NCBI GenBank assembly: GCA_048885865.1
Contig: JBHLLF010000015.1
Coordinates: 1-64,000, forward strand
Source of the DNA: Candidatus Hermodarchaeota archaeon
Lineage (GTDB): Archaea; Asgardarchaeota; Thorarchaeia; Thorarchaeales; Thorarchaeaceae
Direction: 5' to 3'
DNA: 64,000 nucleotides
Below are positions 48,479-58,176 of this stretch, in pieces (position 1 is the first letter of the stretch; every line of letters begins with the position of its first letter). The position numbers and the translations under genes were made by a program. The notes under the pieces were generated by a model. That model had not been told where the DNA came from and searched no databases. It worked only from the letters and a program-made list of their open reading frames with translations.

Positions 48479-48967
48479 ATGGCGGAAATCTATGTCTGGT
48501 ACGTGAATTCTACTGGACAAGAGAAAAGCATCGGTGTCGAAGTAAGCGAGAGGTGCGTCAATCTTGACCTTCGCGATATGATTTCGGTAGACATCTTGCC
48601 CCTCATTTGGTGCCAGAATCTTGAAGATTTAACAATCCGAAACAACAAGCTCACAGAGATAGACCTCTCTCCTCTCTCAAAGTGTCCGAACCTTCAAGCA
48701 CTCAGACTAAATAACAATCTGCTCGAGAAACTGGACTTGTCACCCCTTGCTGAATGCTCCAAATTGGAGGAACTTGCCATCCATGAAAACAGACTCAGGC
48801 GCGTCGATATTTCTCCACTTTTCGAGTGTCATGAGTTAAAGGAGCTTAGACATGATACATCTGTCACACTATTGGCGGATTTGACCCTGAAGTCTGTAGG
48901 CAGCTGGCCCGAAGTTCTGATGGAAAGATTTCACAGAATACTCTGGAAGATGCCACAGTCCACTTAG
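48479..48967 (+). CDS. Leucine-rich repeat protein
   Basis: Repeats of L..L.L.NN.L..[IL]DLSPL..C. Confidence 0.9.
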   Translation: MAEIYVWYVNSTGQEKSIGVEVSERCVNLDLRDMISVDILPLIWCQNLEDLTIRNNKLTEIDLSPLSKCPNLQALRLNNNLLEKLDLSPLAECSKLEELAIHENRLRRVDISPLFECHELKELRHDTSVTLLADLTLKSVGSWPEVLMERFHRILWKMPQST

Positions 48968-48972
48968 AAGAA

Positions 48973-49006
48973 CAGAAAAAGTGGACCCGGGAGATGCCCC
49001 GGGCCC
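48973..49006 (-). terminator. Hairpin plus U-tract terminator
   Basis: Minus strand GGGCCCGGG-GCATCT-CCCGGGTCC-ACTTTTTCT. Confidence 0.6.
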
Positions 49007-49021
49007 TGAGAAAAGACGTGT

Positions 49022-50002
49022 CTAAGCCCCATTATTTCGGTATTTCACAGCAATGACGATTATTGCTAGGACACTGAAGCCACCTGCAAGAAGAACAAGC
49101 TGGTTGTATTCAATGCCTAGAAAGGTCCAAGGTGTTGATAGTGCTGTAATTCCAAGGATGGGGTCATATTCCAGAGCTTCATCTCCAAAGTACTCGAAGG
49201 CAATGAAAATCGACTTTCGTTCTTGTTCCATGAGAGGATCACCATGCGACGCTCTCACTTGGACTTGATGAGAAGCATTACCTGCAAAGGCGTTCTGAGC
49301 ATACTCCATCCAAGCATTGCCAAAAGTGAATTTTTGACCTTCATGATCAATACTTGAAACATCTCTCTCACTGATGTTCCGGTTGTGCTCACTCTCACCA
49401 ACTGCGAATTGGAACACCAGAATGGAATTAGTGCTTGTCCATTCCCAGCCAGAAACCATAAGGTCGAACTTGAACTGGTCTGGTGTTGCCAGATAGAAGT
49501 GAATGCGTATCTGAATCTCAACATCCATTGGATTTGTGTGTCCTGGCATGCCAGGCATCCCGGGCATCGTCATTCCTGGTCCATCGTGTTCATAGGTGTT
49601 AGTGTTTGTGAAGTTAAAGTGAATGGCGGTGACTACGTCGTTCTGCTCTTCAGTCAGGAAGCCACTGAACTCCCAGTCATCCATTGGCAAACGGAACATA
49701 GAACCAACCAAATAATCGATACCACGATCAAACGCTCCATTCTCATTCGTATCATTTGCCTCAAATAGCCTATTGAACGTGATATGAGAGTCTGTTCCAG
49801 GATCGGTTTCATTCCACCACGCAAAGTGAGGCACCTCGCCGTCTGCAGCCACTCGTACTCCTATGTCACCAGTCGTTATTGTCACCACTCCAAGGGATTC
49901 CTCAAACTGGAACATTCGGTGGTGGGGCTGAGCTGCCACGAATGGTACTGATGCCAATACCATCATTGTGGCGAAGACAGCTAGTAGTCTTTTATCAATC
50001 AA
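49022..50002 (-). CDS. Type-I membrane glycoprotein with beta-rich ectodomain (paralog of 52773..53738)
   Basis: Signal peptide, 5 N-x-S/T sequons, YDP.LG before the C-terminal TM, short basic tail. Confidence 0.82.
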   Translation of the reverse strand: MIDKRLLAVFATMMVLASVPFVAAQPHHRMFQFEESLGVVTITTGDIGVRVAADGEVPHFAWWNETDPGTDSHITFNRLFEANDTNENGAFDRGIDYLVGSMFRLPMDDWEFSGFLTEEQNDVVTAIHFNFTNTNTYEHDGPGMTMPGMPGMPGHTNPMDVEIQIRIHFYLATPDQFKFDLMVSGWEWTSTNSILVFQFAVGESEHNRNISERDVSSIDHEGQKFTFGNAWMEYAQNAFAGNASHQVQVRASHGDPLMEQERKSIFIAFEYFGDEALEYDPILGITALSTPWTFLGIEYNQLVLLAGGFSVLAIIVIAVKYRNNGA

Positions 50003-50105
50003 TGATTATACACCAAGTAAATGATTCCTCAAGTTGGTATATAATCATTCTATTCCAATGCTATAGAAAGGCAACTTCGAGAAGACTCGAAGTCATTTTG
50101 GTGCT

Positions 50106-50933
50106 TTAAATCAGCGCAGAACTGACTATGGCCAAGAGAAGGATGTTCAAATTCGTGACGATAAGCGTCACGATGGCAGCTCGAGAACTCCTAACGGACT
50201 TTGCACGTGATAGCGCAATTGTGAGAATATAGGTGCTCCATGTGATGATACCGAACAGTAGGACTGTGAGAGGCCAGCCGCTGAGAACACCCCATTCTGG
50301 AATGAAGTACCACATCAGCTCCACAAGTATGTGAGGCACAAATGCCATTGGTATCGCTGCAAAGAGACCTCTTGACATGCCTCGCTTCCGAAGAATCGGG
50401 ATTGACAGGGCTTCGACAAGTAAGTAGGTAGTAATCCAAGCTACCATTGCTGCAAGGATTGTAATCCCTGTATCAAAAGCGCCTTGTAGAAAGAAGAGAA
50501 AGACAGGAAGAAGACCTACCTCTGCGGCAAAGTATCCATAGAGACCAAGAAACACTACAATCTCAAAGAAGAATCGAAGGGGATCAGATTGAATTCGTTT
50601 CACGATTGGCTTCATAGCCAAGATGTCCAGAACCAGATCTCTTGTTGTACTCTCACGTTCACTTGTGATCACAACGGCCTCTACTTGGTCCTCGCTCTGT
50701 TGAATGATATCGTATGCTGCTTGCCCGAGCTCTGTTAGAGAGTACAGTTTGTTCCCCGTACGTGACACCAGAGGATCATCCGATTTGCTAAGATTGTCCA
50801 GATGGAAATATAGTGTTCCTGGTTCCAGTCCCAACTCTGTGAGATCAGTGTACGAAACCGCCCCCTGATTTCCAATCATGGCAATTATTTGGCGTCTAAT
50901 GGTATGCGATAGTGCGCTATACACATCATCCAT
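50106..50933 (-). CDS. ArsR-type wHTH fused to a multi-TM (Yip1-like) domain
   Basis: ALSHTIRRQII, GTLYFHL, YSLTELG followed by about 5 TM helices. Confidence 0.8.
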   Translation of the reverse strand: MDDVYSALSHTIRRQIIAMIGNQGAVSYTDLTELGLEPGTLYFHLDNLSKSDDPLVSRTGNKLYSLTELGQAAYDIIQQSEDQVEAVVITSERESTTRDLVLDILAMKPIVKRIQSDPLRFFFEIVVFLGLYGYFAAEVGLLPVFLFFLQGAFDTGITILAAMVAWITTYLLVEALSIPILRKRGMSRGLFAAIPMAFVPHILVELMWYFIPEWGVLSGWPLTVLLFGIITWSTYILTIALSRAKSVRSSRAAIVTLIVTNLNILLLAIVSSALI

Positions 50934-51019
50934 GACAGAGTCTTTATCCCGCAGAATTATCCCTCAAACTGATTTCTTCACTCGAACCCCAAGATAATGC
51001 GCACTTATTCGTTTCCCTG

Positions 51020-51787
51020 TCAGCGTCGAGCCCAGACCACTAGATTTCTCGATCTGTCTGGCACAAGCTTATTCTTCTGATAATCTGAAAAGAAGTCGAA
51101 ATTCTCAAACCCAGCGGCGACGAGAGCGTTCTTCACTACATCCCTGGTGGTATGTAGGACTCGTTGCGCGGAGATTTCCGTTTCCCAGTCAAGTCCTTTC
51201 TTTACAAATGAAGTAGCAACTAGCGTCGACCAATGTTCGTCACTATGCTCATAGAATCTAGAGAACACTACTTCCTCACCAGTAGATGTTTTTCCACCCT
51301 TTATCGGAAAGAACCTGAATCCTGAGTTCAGGATTTCCTCGAAGTTGAGAACTTGGAAAATGAATGAGCCAGACGGACTCAACACATTAAGGACTGCCTT
51401 TACGACATTCTGCAGAACTTCAAAACTAGGAAGCAGTGCTAGCGAGTTGCCAAGACAGAGAACAACATCAAATGACTCATTCACGACTGTCGAGAAGCTT
51501 TGCATGTCGGCGATATGAAACTCCACTTCCACATTAGCATTCATTGCATGATTCTTAGCTTCTGCAATCATGCCTTCGCTGATGTCAAATGCAACGACCT
51601 GACAGCCAAGAGAAGCAAGTGCGACTGACTGCCGTCCACTTCCGCACGCCATGTCAAGCACTCTCCTTGCGTTGTATTCGCTTATCACTGATTGCAGAAA
51701 TGGCAGCTCTCTGCTTAGTCTTGAATCCCAATTGATAGAATTGTCGTAGGCTAATGCCAAATCATCAAAGGACGTCATATCTGTCAA
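51020..51787 (-). CDS. Class I SAM-dependent methyltransferase
   Basis: VLDMACGSG, ADM, FDVVLCLGNSL. Confidence 0.9.
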   Translation of the reverse strand: MTDMTSFDDLALAYDNSINWDSRLSRELPFLQSVISEYNARRVLDMACGSGRQSVALASLGCQVVAFDISEGMIAEAKNHAMNANVEVEFHIADMQSFSTVVNESFDVVLCLGNSLALLPSFEVLQNVVKAVLNVLSPSGSFIFQVLNFEEILNSGFRFFPIKGGKTSTGEEVVFSRFYEHSDEHWSTLVATSFVKKGLDWETEISAQRVLHTTRDVVKNALVAAGFENFDFFSDYQKNKLVPDRSRNLVVWARR

Positions 51788-52599
51788 CCTCGAGATTGGG
51801 AGGGATCAACTTCATCCTGCATGAAGAGCACGCGCCCCTCCATTCCTCCTGCTACATTGATTATCTGACCGCTCACATGACCAGATAGTCTGTCAGAAGC
51901 AAGATACAGAATGGTATTGGCTATGTCTTGAACTGCGGCGACCTTGCGCATCGGAATGGTCTGCAGGATTCGTCGAACCATGGCTTTGTCATTCATAGCG
52001 TCTTCAGCCATGGGTGTCACGGTCCATCCTGGATTTACCAAATTCACTCTTCCCTTGCGTGCGAGGTGGACTATCTCATTCTTTAGACTAAGCATCAAAC
52101 CCTGAAGACCAGCTTTTGATGTTGAATAATCGCAGTACCATGCTTCACCGAAATATCCAGCTGTCGATCCGATTAGTATGAGTGACGCATAGTCGCCAGG
52201 GTTAGATTCCAAGTTGGCCAAGAAATGCTTTGAGCAAAGAAAAACTCCGGTTAAATTAACAGCCAGTGTATTCTCCCATTGCTCCAAGCTCATCTCATGG
52301 ACGCCCACACCTACATGATTGGCAATGCCTGCATTTGCAACTAGGATATCTACTCTACCGAACGAGTCATTAGCTCTTCGAAAGACCTGTTCAACATCAG
52401 ATTCTTTGCGAACGTCGGCTTGTACAATGCATATCTTTTTGGACCATTTGTCAACAAGATCTGCCAATTTCGTGTCAGATGTCCGATAGGTCGCTGTTAC
52501 AAGAGATCCTTCCTCTAGGAACGCTCTGGTTGTTTCAAGTCCAATGCCTCCTGACCCTCCGGTCACGACCACATGTCGATTCTTCAGACCTGATTCCAT
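51784..52599 (-). CDS. Short-chain dehydrogenase/reductase
   Basis: TGGSGGIG, ANAG, YSTSK, VNPG; likely start MESGLK at 52599. Confidence 0.92.
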   Translation of the reverse strand: MESGLKNRHVVVTGGSGGIGLETTRAFLEEGSLVTATYRTSDTKLADLVDKWSKKICIVQADVRKESDVEQVFRRANDSFGRVDILVANAGIANHVGVGVHEMSLEQWENTLAVNLTGVFLCSKHFLANLESNPGDYASLILIGSTAGYFGEAWYCDYSTSKAGLQGLMLSLKNEIVHLARKGRVNLVNPGWTVTPMAEDAMNDKAMVRRILQTIPMRKVAAVQDIANTILYLASDRLSGHVSGQIINVAGGMEGRVLFMQDEVDPSQSRG

Positions 52600-52772
52600 A
52601 GGAATATCCTCTCCATTGTTGGCCAATTTGACAGACAGCCTTCTCCCTTTCAAGGATTGTGACTTGAAGAAATGCACTCGAATTCAGTTCGAACAACCCC
52701 GAGGTAGTATTTCCATAAATTTCGAATGGAACTATTATATATCTATTTGAAAGAATCTACCTTGGTGATTAG

Positions 52773-53738
52773 ATGATCACAGTGCGCAGAACAATGATGT
52801 TTGCATTAGCTCTGACGGCCTTATTGGCATCTTTGCCTTTCGTTGCCGCACAGAGCACAGGAATTCAGTATCAGCACGCCAATGGTGTTGTGACTCTCAC
52901 TTCTGATGATATTGGAGTCAAAGTGAGCGCATTCAACAATGTGCCGCATTTCCAGTTCTGGGATGAGAGTGATGACACACCTGGGGCTGACTACCATGTC
53001 ACCTTCAGCAAGCTGTTTGAGGCGAATGATACTAACAATAATGGTGCATATGATGCAGGAGTCGACCACCGTTATGGGGACCCCTACACTCTGCCGACTG
53101 ATGACTGGGAGTTCAGCGGTTTTGCCACCGATGAGGAAGATGGTGTTGTGACTGGTGTTCACTTCAATTTCACTAATGAGGACACCTTTGTGCCTCCAAC
53201 TCCAGTGGTATTGGCTGATATACCAACCTCTATGGATCTTGAGATTCAGATTCGAGTCCACATCAACCTGACTAACTCTAATGAGATGAAGTTCGATATT
53301 AGGCTAGAAGGGTGGGAATGGGCATATGCAGACTCGATACTCGTGTTTCAGTTCTCAGTAGCTGAAAGTGAACATGGTCTCCAGGAAGGAACTGGAGAGC
53401 CAGCAGACTTTGAACAGGACACATCTGGCTACCGCTTCGAGTTCGGTGATGCCTATATGGAGTGTGCTGAGTTTGCCTTTGCAGACAACTCAACTACTGA
53501 ACCTCATCAAGTTCAGATGAGAGCCACCCATGGTGAAGCTGAACAGGGATCTATTGGTAAGGCGGTATACCTTGCGTTCGAGTACTTCGGAAACGAAACA
53601 CTTGACTACGACCCTACTCTAGGGGTTCTCTCAGCTGATGGTCCTGCACCGCTAAGTACTGAGCAGCTCTTGCTCATAGGCGGTGGATCAGTTGCAGTTC
53701 TTGTCCTAGTTGCACTTGTCATAAAGACCAGAGGATGA
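52773..53738 (+). CDS. Type-I membrane glycoprotein (paralog of 49022..50002)
   Basis: Shared VPHF, LFEANDTN.NGA, DDWEFSGF, HFNFTN, KFD, AFEYFG, YDP.LG; 5 sequons. Confidence 0.85.
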   Translation: MITVRRTMMFALALTALLASLPFVAAQSTGIQYQHANGVVTLTSDDIGVKVSAFNNVPHFQFWDESDDTPGADYHVTFSKLFEANDTNNNGAYDAGVDHRYGDPYTLPTDDWEFSGFATDEEDGVVTGVHFNFTNEDTFVPPTPVVLADIPTSMDLEIQIRVHINLTNSNEMKFDIRLEGWEWAYADSILVFQFSVAESEHGLQEGTGEPADFEQDTSGYRFEFGDAYMECAEFAFADNSTTEPHQVQMRATHGEAEQGSIGKAVYLAFEYFGNETLDYDPTLGVLSADGPAPLSTEQLLLIGGGSVAVLVLVALVIKTRG

Positions 53739-53774
53739 GCCGGAACCCGAATCTCTCTTCGCGTCTATGTGGAT

Positions 53775-53806
53775 GGCCCCGCCCTCTGCGGGGCCTTTCT
53801 TTTTTT
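53775..53806 (+). terminator. Intrinsic-type terminator
   Basis: GGCCCCGC-CCTCT-GCGGGGCC-TTTCTTTTTTT. Confidence 0.7.
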
Positions 53807-53808
53807 CA

Positions 53809-54099
53809 TCATCTCATTGCCAGAATCAATGTAAGTTGAACGGCAACCATGGAATCAGGTCCGTGTATCCTGATTATCTCTTTAGCTGCCTCAAGATTGG
53901 GACCATAGAGACACTTCCGCATGTCTTGTAGGTCCGGAACACGTCTGAGCAAGCGGAGCTTAGTGAGACGCTTGATTGCTGAACTAACGGTTCTGGAAGG
54001 TAGTTTAGTCTTACTCGTGATTTCCTTAGGACTCATAGGACCGCCTTGAGCCAGACTCCGCAAGACAACCAGCGCGCTACCAGGGAGCTGAAAAGCCAC
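53809..54099 (-). CDS. Small winged-helix DNA-binding protein
   Basis: SPKEI...LPSRTVSSAIKRL..LRRVPDLQDMRK; start overlaps the upstream stop. Confidence 0.78.
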   Translation of the reverse strand: MAFQLPGSALVVLRSLAQGGPMSPKEITSKTKLPSRTVSSAIKRLTKLRLLRRVPDLQDMRKCLYGPNLEAAKEIIRIHGPDSMVAVQLTLILAMR

Positions 54100-55577
54100 T
54101 ATCCAGACCTCCTTCGATACAACACAACAATGACTGCAATCACAACGACCAATCCAGAAGCAATCACCAATTGCATTGTGGTATCCTCACGAGAAACAGA
54201 TTCCAAGGCATCAGCTGCTGCAACCCATGCGTCTGCTATCTCTATAAGATGGTCACGAATGTCCTCAAGATCTTGCTCGTAGTATTCAATAGCACTCTCA
54301 AGGTCTTCAGTTTCGTAGTAGAGGTCTGCAATATTGGTGAGTGCTTGAGTCAGAATTGTACCATTCACAGTATAGTATGGATCAATCAAGCTCGCATTGT
54401 CACTCAGCATCGCCAAGTGTGAAACTGCTGGACTGGCGGATTCCAAAAAGGGCTCTAAATCCAAGCCTGCCAAGATGCCTGGCAATGTCTTGAGACTCTC
54501 ACGATAGGACAGATATTGCAGAGTAATGCCCATTTCCATCTGTAATCCTGTAATAATCAATGTGTAGTAGCGATCATCTTTGTCGGAGCTCACATCATCT
54601 AGATAGGCGATTATTGTTTCCTTTGTAAGGTCATAGCTGAGACCTCTAAAGGCATCTGCTCCGAAGTTGGCGTAGAAGACATTCTCTAGACCCTCGCCAT
54701 ATGATGAACGCACACCTCTCAGCCTCTCACAGATATATGAAACAAGACTAGATTCAAAATCATCTGGAGGACCACTACCGGCCTTAACTACCACAGACCC
54801 ATAGCCCATGTCTTTCATTGCATTTTGTAATGTGCTATAATTGACTGAGTATAACCATCGACCATCATCAGGAAATCCAAAGTTCTCACCGATAGCTCCA
54901 ACTCCCGGATCCATGATTGTGACCTCACTTGCAGTGTCATTGTATCCAATACAGAGAACTGTATGTCCTGAGCCTGTATCTGCTGATTGTATTCCCATGG
55001 TTCTCGCAAAATCATAGTCAGAAGGGGGAAGGTAATATGGATCGGTCCAAATAGCCAAGGGATGCCCATCATCAACAGTGGTTCGTATCAAGTCTAGAGT
55101 GTCAGTCCAGCCATCGATGTCAGTGTATTTCAATCCCCAAGCTGCCATTGCCGGACCATATACTATGCCAATTCCTATATCATCGTCCATGTAGATGTCG
55201 ATGTCTAAACCGTAAAGATTAGCTATTGTAGGCAAAGGTTCCATCTGTCGAAGCATAGCACCTGGTAGAAACACTGTCAAATCTTCATAGCGGATGTAAC
55301 CCGCTGAGAAGCCGATCCCGGAAGCTGCGAAGAGACTGTGAAGATCCAATGGTGCTCCTGCATGCTGTAGTGCCATTGAGAGTGCGGACCACTGACAAAA
55401 GCCATTGATCTCCTGCCATTGATACGGAACTCCCGATATGTGACCATACCCATCACTTGCAGGGGTATAGCCAGGGCTAGGGATAGCTAGCCCCGGCTCG
55501 GAGATAGAAGAAGGAAGCTGCATTACTGTTACGCAGATTGCTGCAACAATCATTATTGCGACACGAATCTTATTCAA
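54099..55577 (-). CDS. Membrane-anchored C39-like/BtrH-like papain-fold protein
   Basis: Signal peptide; VPYQWQEINGFC, GHTVLCIGY, IMDPG; C-terminal TM plus RRR. Confidence 0.8.
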   Translation of the reverse strand: MNKIRVAIMIVAAICVTVMQLPSSISEPGLAIPSPGYTPASDGYGHISGVPYQWQEINGFCQWSALSMALQHAGAPLDLHSLFAASGIGFSAGYIRYEDLTVFLPGAMLRQMEPLPTIANLYGLDIDIYMDDDIGIGIVYGPAMAAWGLKYTDIDGWTDTLDLIRTTVDDGHPLAIWTDPYYLPPSDYDFARTMGIQSADTGSGHTVLCIGYNDTASEVTIMDPGVGAIGENFGFPDDGRWLYSVNYSTLQNAMKDMGYGSVVVKAGSGPPDDFESSLVSYICERLRGVRSSYGEGLENVFYANFGADAFRGLSYDLTKETIIAYLDDVSSDKDDRYYTLIITGLQMEMGITLQYLSYRESLKTLPGILAGLDLEPFLESASPAVSHLAMLSDNASLIDPYYTVNGTILTQALTNIADLYYETEDLESAIEYYEQDLEDIRDHLIEIADAWVAAADALESVSREDTTMQLVIASGLVVVIAVIVVLYRRRSG

Positions 55578-55597
55578 CCTGAAACTACCCCCTCTCG

Positions 55598-55625
55598 GTA
55601 GAGGCTAGTACTGAATAGCCTCTAC
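55598..55625. promoter_or_regulatory. Inverted repeat upstream of the C39-like gene
   Basis: GTAGAGGCTA-N8-TAGCCTCTAC. Confidence 0.4.
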
Positions 55626-55707
55626 TGTATTTCCATCGAAACACCCGAGTCAGAGTGGTCTCACGCTTTGCTTTTTCAGTTCGATATCTCCTCCTCCCCA
55701 CCTATAT

Positions 55708-56478
55708 TCACCTCCAAGCTAACAGCTTGCTCTTGTCGATTTGCCCTCCAACAATCTTGAGATATGCATCCTCAAGGTCCCTAGTTCCTGTGGAAGCCAC
55801 AATCTCCTCAGGTGAACCAACAGTCACCAAAAATCCATCGTTGATTATACCAACAATATCGCAGGCATCCTCCGCGAATGAGGTCTGGTGTGTGCAGATG
55901 AAGAACGTGGTGTCGGTTTCTTCAGCAAGCACATGGATGAGGTCCTTGACGAGGGCTCCCGCACTTGGATCTAGCCTGGATGTGGGTTCATCTAGGAAGA
56001 CAAGCCTTGGTTCGTGAAGAATAGTGGAGGCGACGAGGACCTTCTGTTTCATTCCACTTGAGTAGGTGTCAAGGAGATCATCCTGACGCCCTTCAAGCCC
56101 TAGCATGTTCAGCAGACTGTCAATTCGCCTCCGGAGAGACTTGCCCTCCAGGTTGTTCAATGCCCCTATGAACTCGAGGAACTCGATGGCAGAGAGCTTT
56201 GAATAGAGACCAGGGGTTTCGGGCAGGAGACCAGTCATAGACTTGATCTCTCCTGCCTTCTCGACGATGTCCATCCCTAGTACTTTTGCAGTGCCGCTCG
56301 TGGGTTTCATAAGTCCCGAGAGCATGCGTACCGTAGTTGTCTTTCCTGCACCGTTTGGCCCTAGGAAGCCGAATCGACCTCCCGAGGCGACTTCCAGGTC
56401 GAGGTTTCTGACAGCTTGGATTGGACCAAAGGTCTTGTTTAGTCCTAGGGTTTTGATGGATATGCCGTTGTTGCCCAT
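55708..56478 (-). CDS. ABC transporter ATP-binding subunit
   Basis: GPNGAGKTT, YSSGMKQK, FLDEPT. Confidence 0.95.
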   Translation of the reverse strand: MGNNGISIKTLGLNKTFGPIQAVRNLDLEVASGGRFGFLGPNGAGKTTTVRMLSGLMKPTSGTAKVLGMDIVEKAGEIKSMTGLLPETPGLYSKLSAIEFLEFIGALNNLEGKSLRRRIDSLLNMLGLEGRQDDLLDTYSSGMKQKVLVASTILHEPRLVFLDEPTSRLDPSAGALVKDLIHVLAEETDTTFFICTHQTSFAEDACDIVGIINDGFLVTVGSPEEIVASTGTRDLEDAYLKIVGGQIDKSKLLAWR

Positions 56479-56483
56479 CGAAT

Positions 56484-58175
56484 CTACACCTCCACCTTTC
56501 CTAGGCTCCTGGTACCAAGAACCAACATCAGACCGCCCACAAGCAGTAGCGCAGTAGGTCCAAGCAGTATCTCCACAATATAGAAACCATTGATACCAAA
56601 GATACTCTCCATGAATCCAAAGAGGCTGAAGCCGAGTCCTATGTCGAGGAAAATCGCTGCAAAGAGGGGTCCAATCAGCGTAAACTGCGTCAGCATCATC
56701 GATGTAATTAGCACCGTCTGATGTGCAGAAGACTTGGTGTCCTCATAGTTCGGGTTCTGAGCGGTTACACCCATAGCAACCATTACAGCACCACAGACCA
56801 CAACAAATGCAGTGATGAAGATCTGGATTGTCGTTAGGACAGGTAGACTGAATATAATAGCCATCGCCAGGCTTGGTGCCAGACTTAGGGGCACAGCCAT
56901 TAGGAAACCTGTCGCAATGCGCGCTCTCATGAAGCGTGAGGCTCCCTTTGGTGCACTGCGAATTATCCATAGTTGGTCTTTCGATTCTAGGAATCCTGTA
57001 CCAGCAAATGGAAACACCCCGACTATCCCAATCATGATGCTGACCATGGGCAATATCTCTGCGGCTTCAAACACCTCTCCCTCCATGATTGTCATCTGTT
57101 GGATTAGGATTGGCATGATTATTGACAATACGACTCCATAGAATATCTTAGAGAGATTCTGCGCCTTTCTACCAAAGTCCTTTAAGCTGACGGCAGTGAG
57201 TGCGCCAAAAGGACCCTTTGCTACACTTCGGACACCTCGAATGAAGATGTTCTCGCGGCCAACAGTAGTCACTGTTTCAGTCCGTGCTCCTGCGCTTATC
57301 GTGAAAATCCTGTCAGCTGCCACTATTGCTATGGGTACGAATGCCAAACCAAAGGCAGACATTAGCACTGCACTTGTCAGCATGTCTAGTTGGAGGATGG
57401 CACCGAATGCAAGAATCTGAGATCCAGTCAGACCGATTCCGTTGTATGTGATGGCGACCCAACTAACCAAGTCAGCAGGCCAAGTGAAGGGCATGACTAG
57501 GAATGCGTTCATTCCAAGGATATCTGACAGCTGTGGCATGAAGAACATCAGACCATACATAGGTATGATGACTATGAGTGCAATCACAAAAGAGAGTGCC
57601 TTTGCGATATCGTTGCCACGTGACGAGTCCCCAAGCCTTGCCTGAACTACTGCTGTAATGAAGTTCGCTAACCAAATGGTCGATATGACCATTAAAGCGA
57701 TTACAGTGTAGACCAATGCCTGACCCACGATTGAAACCTCAAAGGCAAGCATGAAGGGGGAAATCAGTAATGGGGCAAAGACCATTACAATCAATCCATA
57801 CAAGGGCATTTTGCCGACAAATGTCCCGGTCAGAATGTCCCTTGTCCTAACATTGTTAGACAGAAAGATCTCCCATTGTCCAATCTTGATCTCTTGCAGA
57901 GAGTATGAGAGGGGGTACAGTAGTAGGAGTGCCCATAGGAAGAGCATCACTGTCCGCATGAGTCCAGGAAACATCACCATCAATAGTGTACGAATAGTTT
58001 CCAGCGGAATGATTAACTGGATGAATCCATTCACAAGCATCGGAGCCAAGTACACAGCCCATATTGCCGCCAGTGCAAACATCAGACCGACTACCGCTTT
58101 TCTGTGCTTCCGCATGCCTGCTGTCAGTACGAAGAACTCAGCCTTTGCGATATGATACCACTTGCGTGTCATCAC
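56484..58175 (-). CDS. ABC-2-type exporter permease (large, internally duplicated)
   Basis: About 12-14 TM helices, lies between two ATPases. Confidence 0.82.
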   Translation of the reverse strand: MMTRKWYHIAKAEFFVLTAGMRKHRKAVVGLMFALAAIWAVYLAPMLVNGFIQLIIPLETIRTLLMVMFPGLMRTVMLFLWALLLLYPLSYSLQEIKIGQWEIFLSNNVRTRDILTGTFVGKMPLYGLIVMVFAPLLISPFMLAFEVSIVGQALVYTVIALMVISTIWLANFITAVVQARLGDSSRGNDIAKALSFVIALIVIIPMYGLMFFMPQLSDILGMNAFLVMPFTWPADLVSWVAITYNGIGLTGSQILAFGAILQLDMLTSAVLMSAFGLAFVPIAIVAADRIFTISAGARTETVTTVGRENIFIRGVRSVAKGPFGALTAVSLKDFGRKAQNLSKIFYGVVLSIIMPILIQQMTIMEGEVFEAAEILPMVSIMIGIVGVFPFAGTGFLESKDQLWIIRSAPKGASRFMRARIATGFLMAVPLSLAPSLAMAIIFSLPVLTTIQIFITAFVVVCGAVMVAMGVTAQNPNYEDTKSSAHQTVLITSMMLTQFTLIGPLFAAIFLDIGLGFSLFGFMESIFGINGFYIVEILLGPTALLLVGGLMLVLGTRSLGKVEV

Positions 58176-58176
58176 T

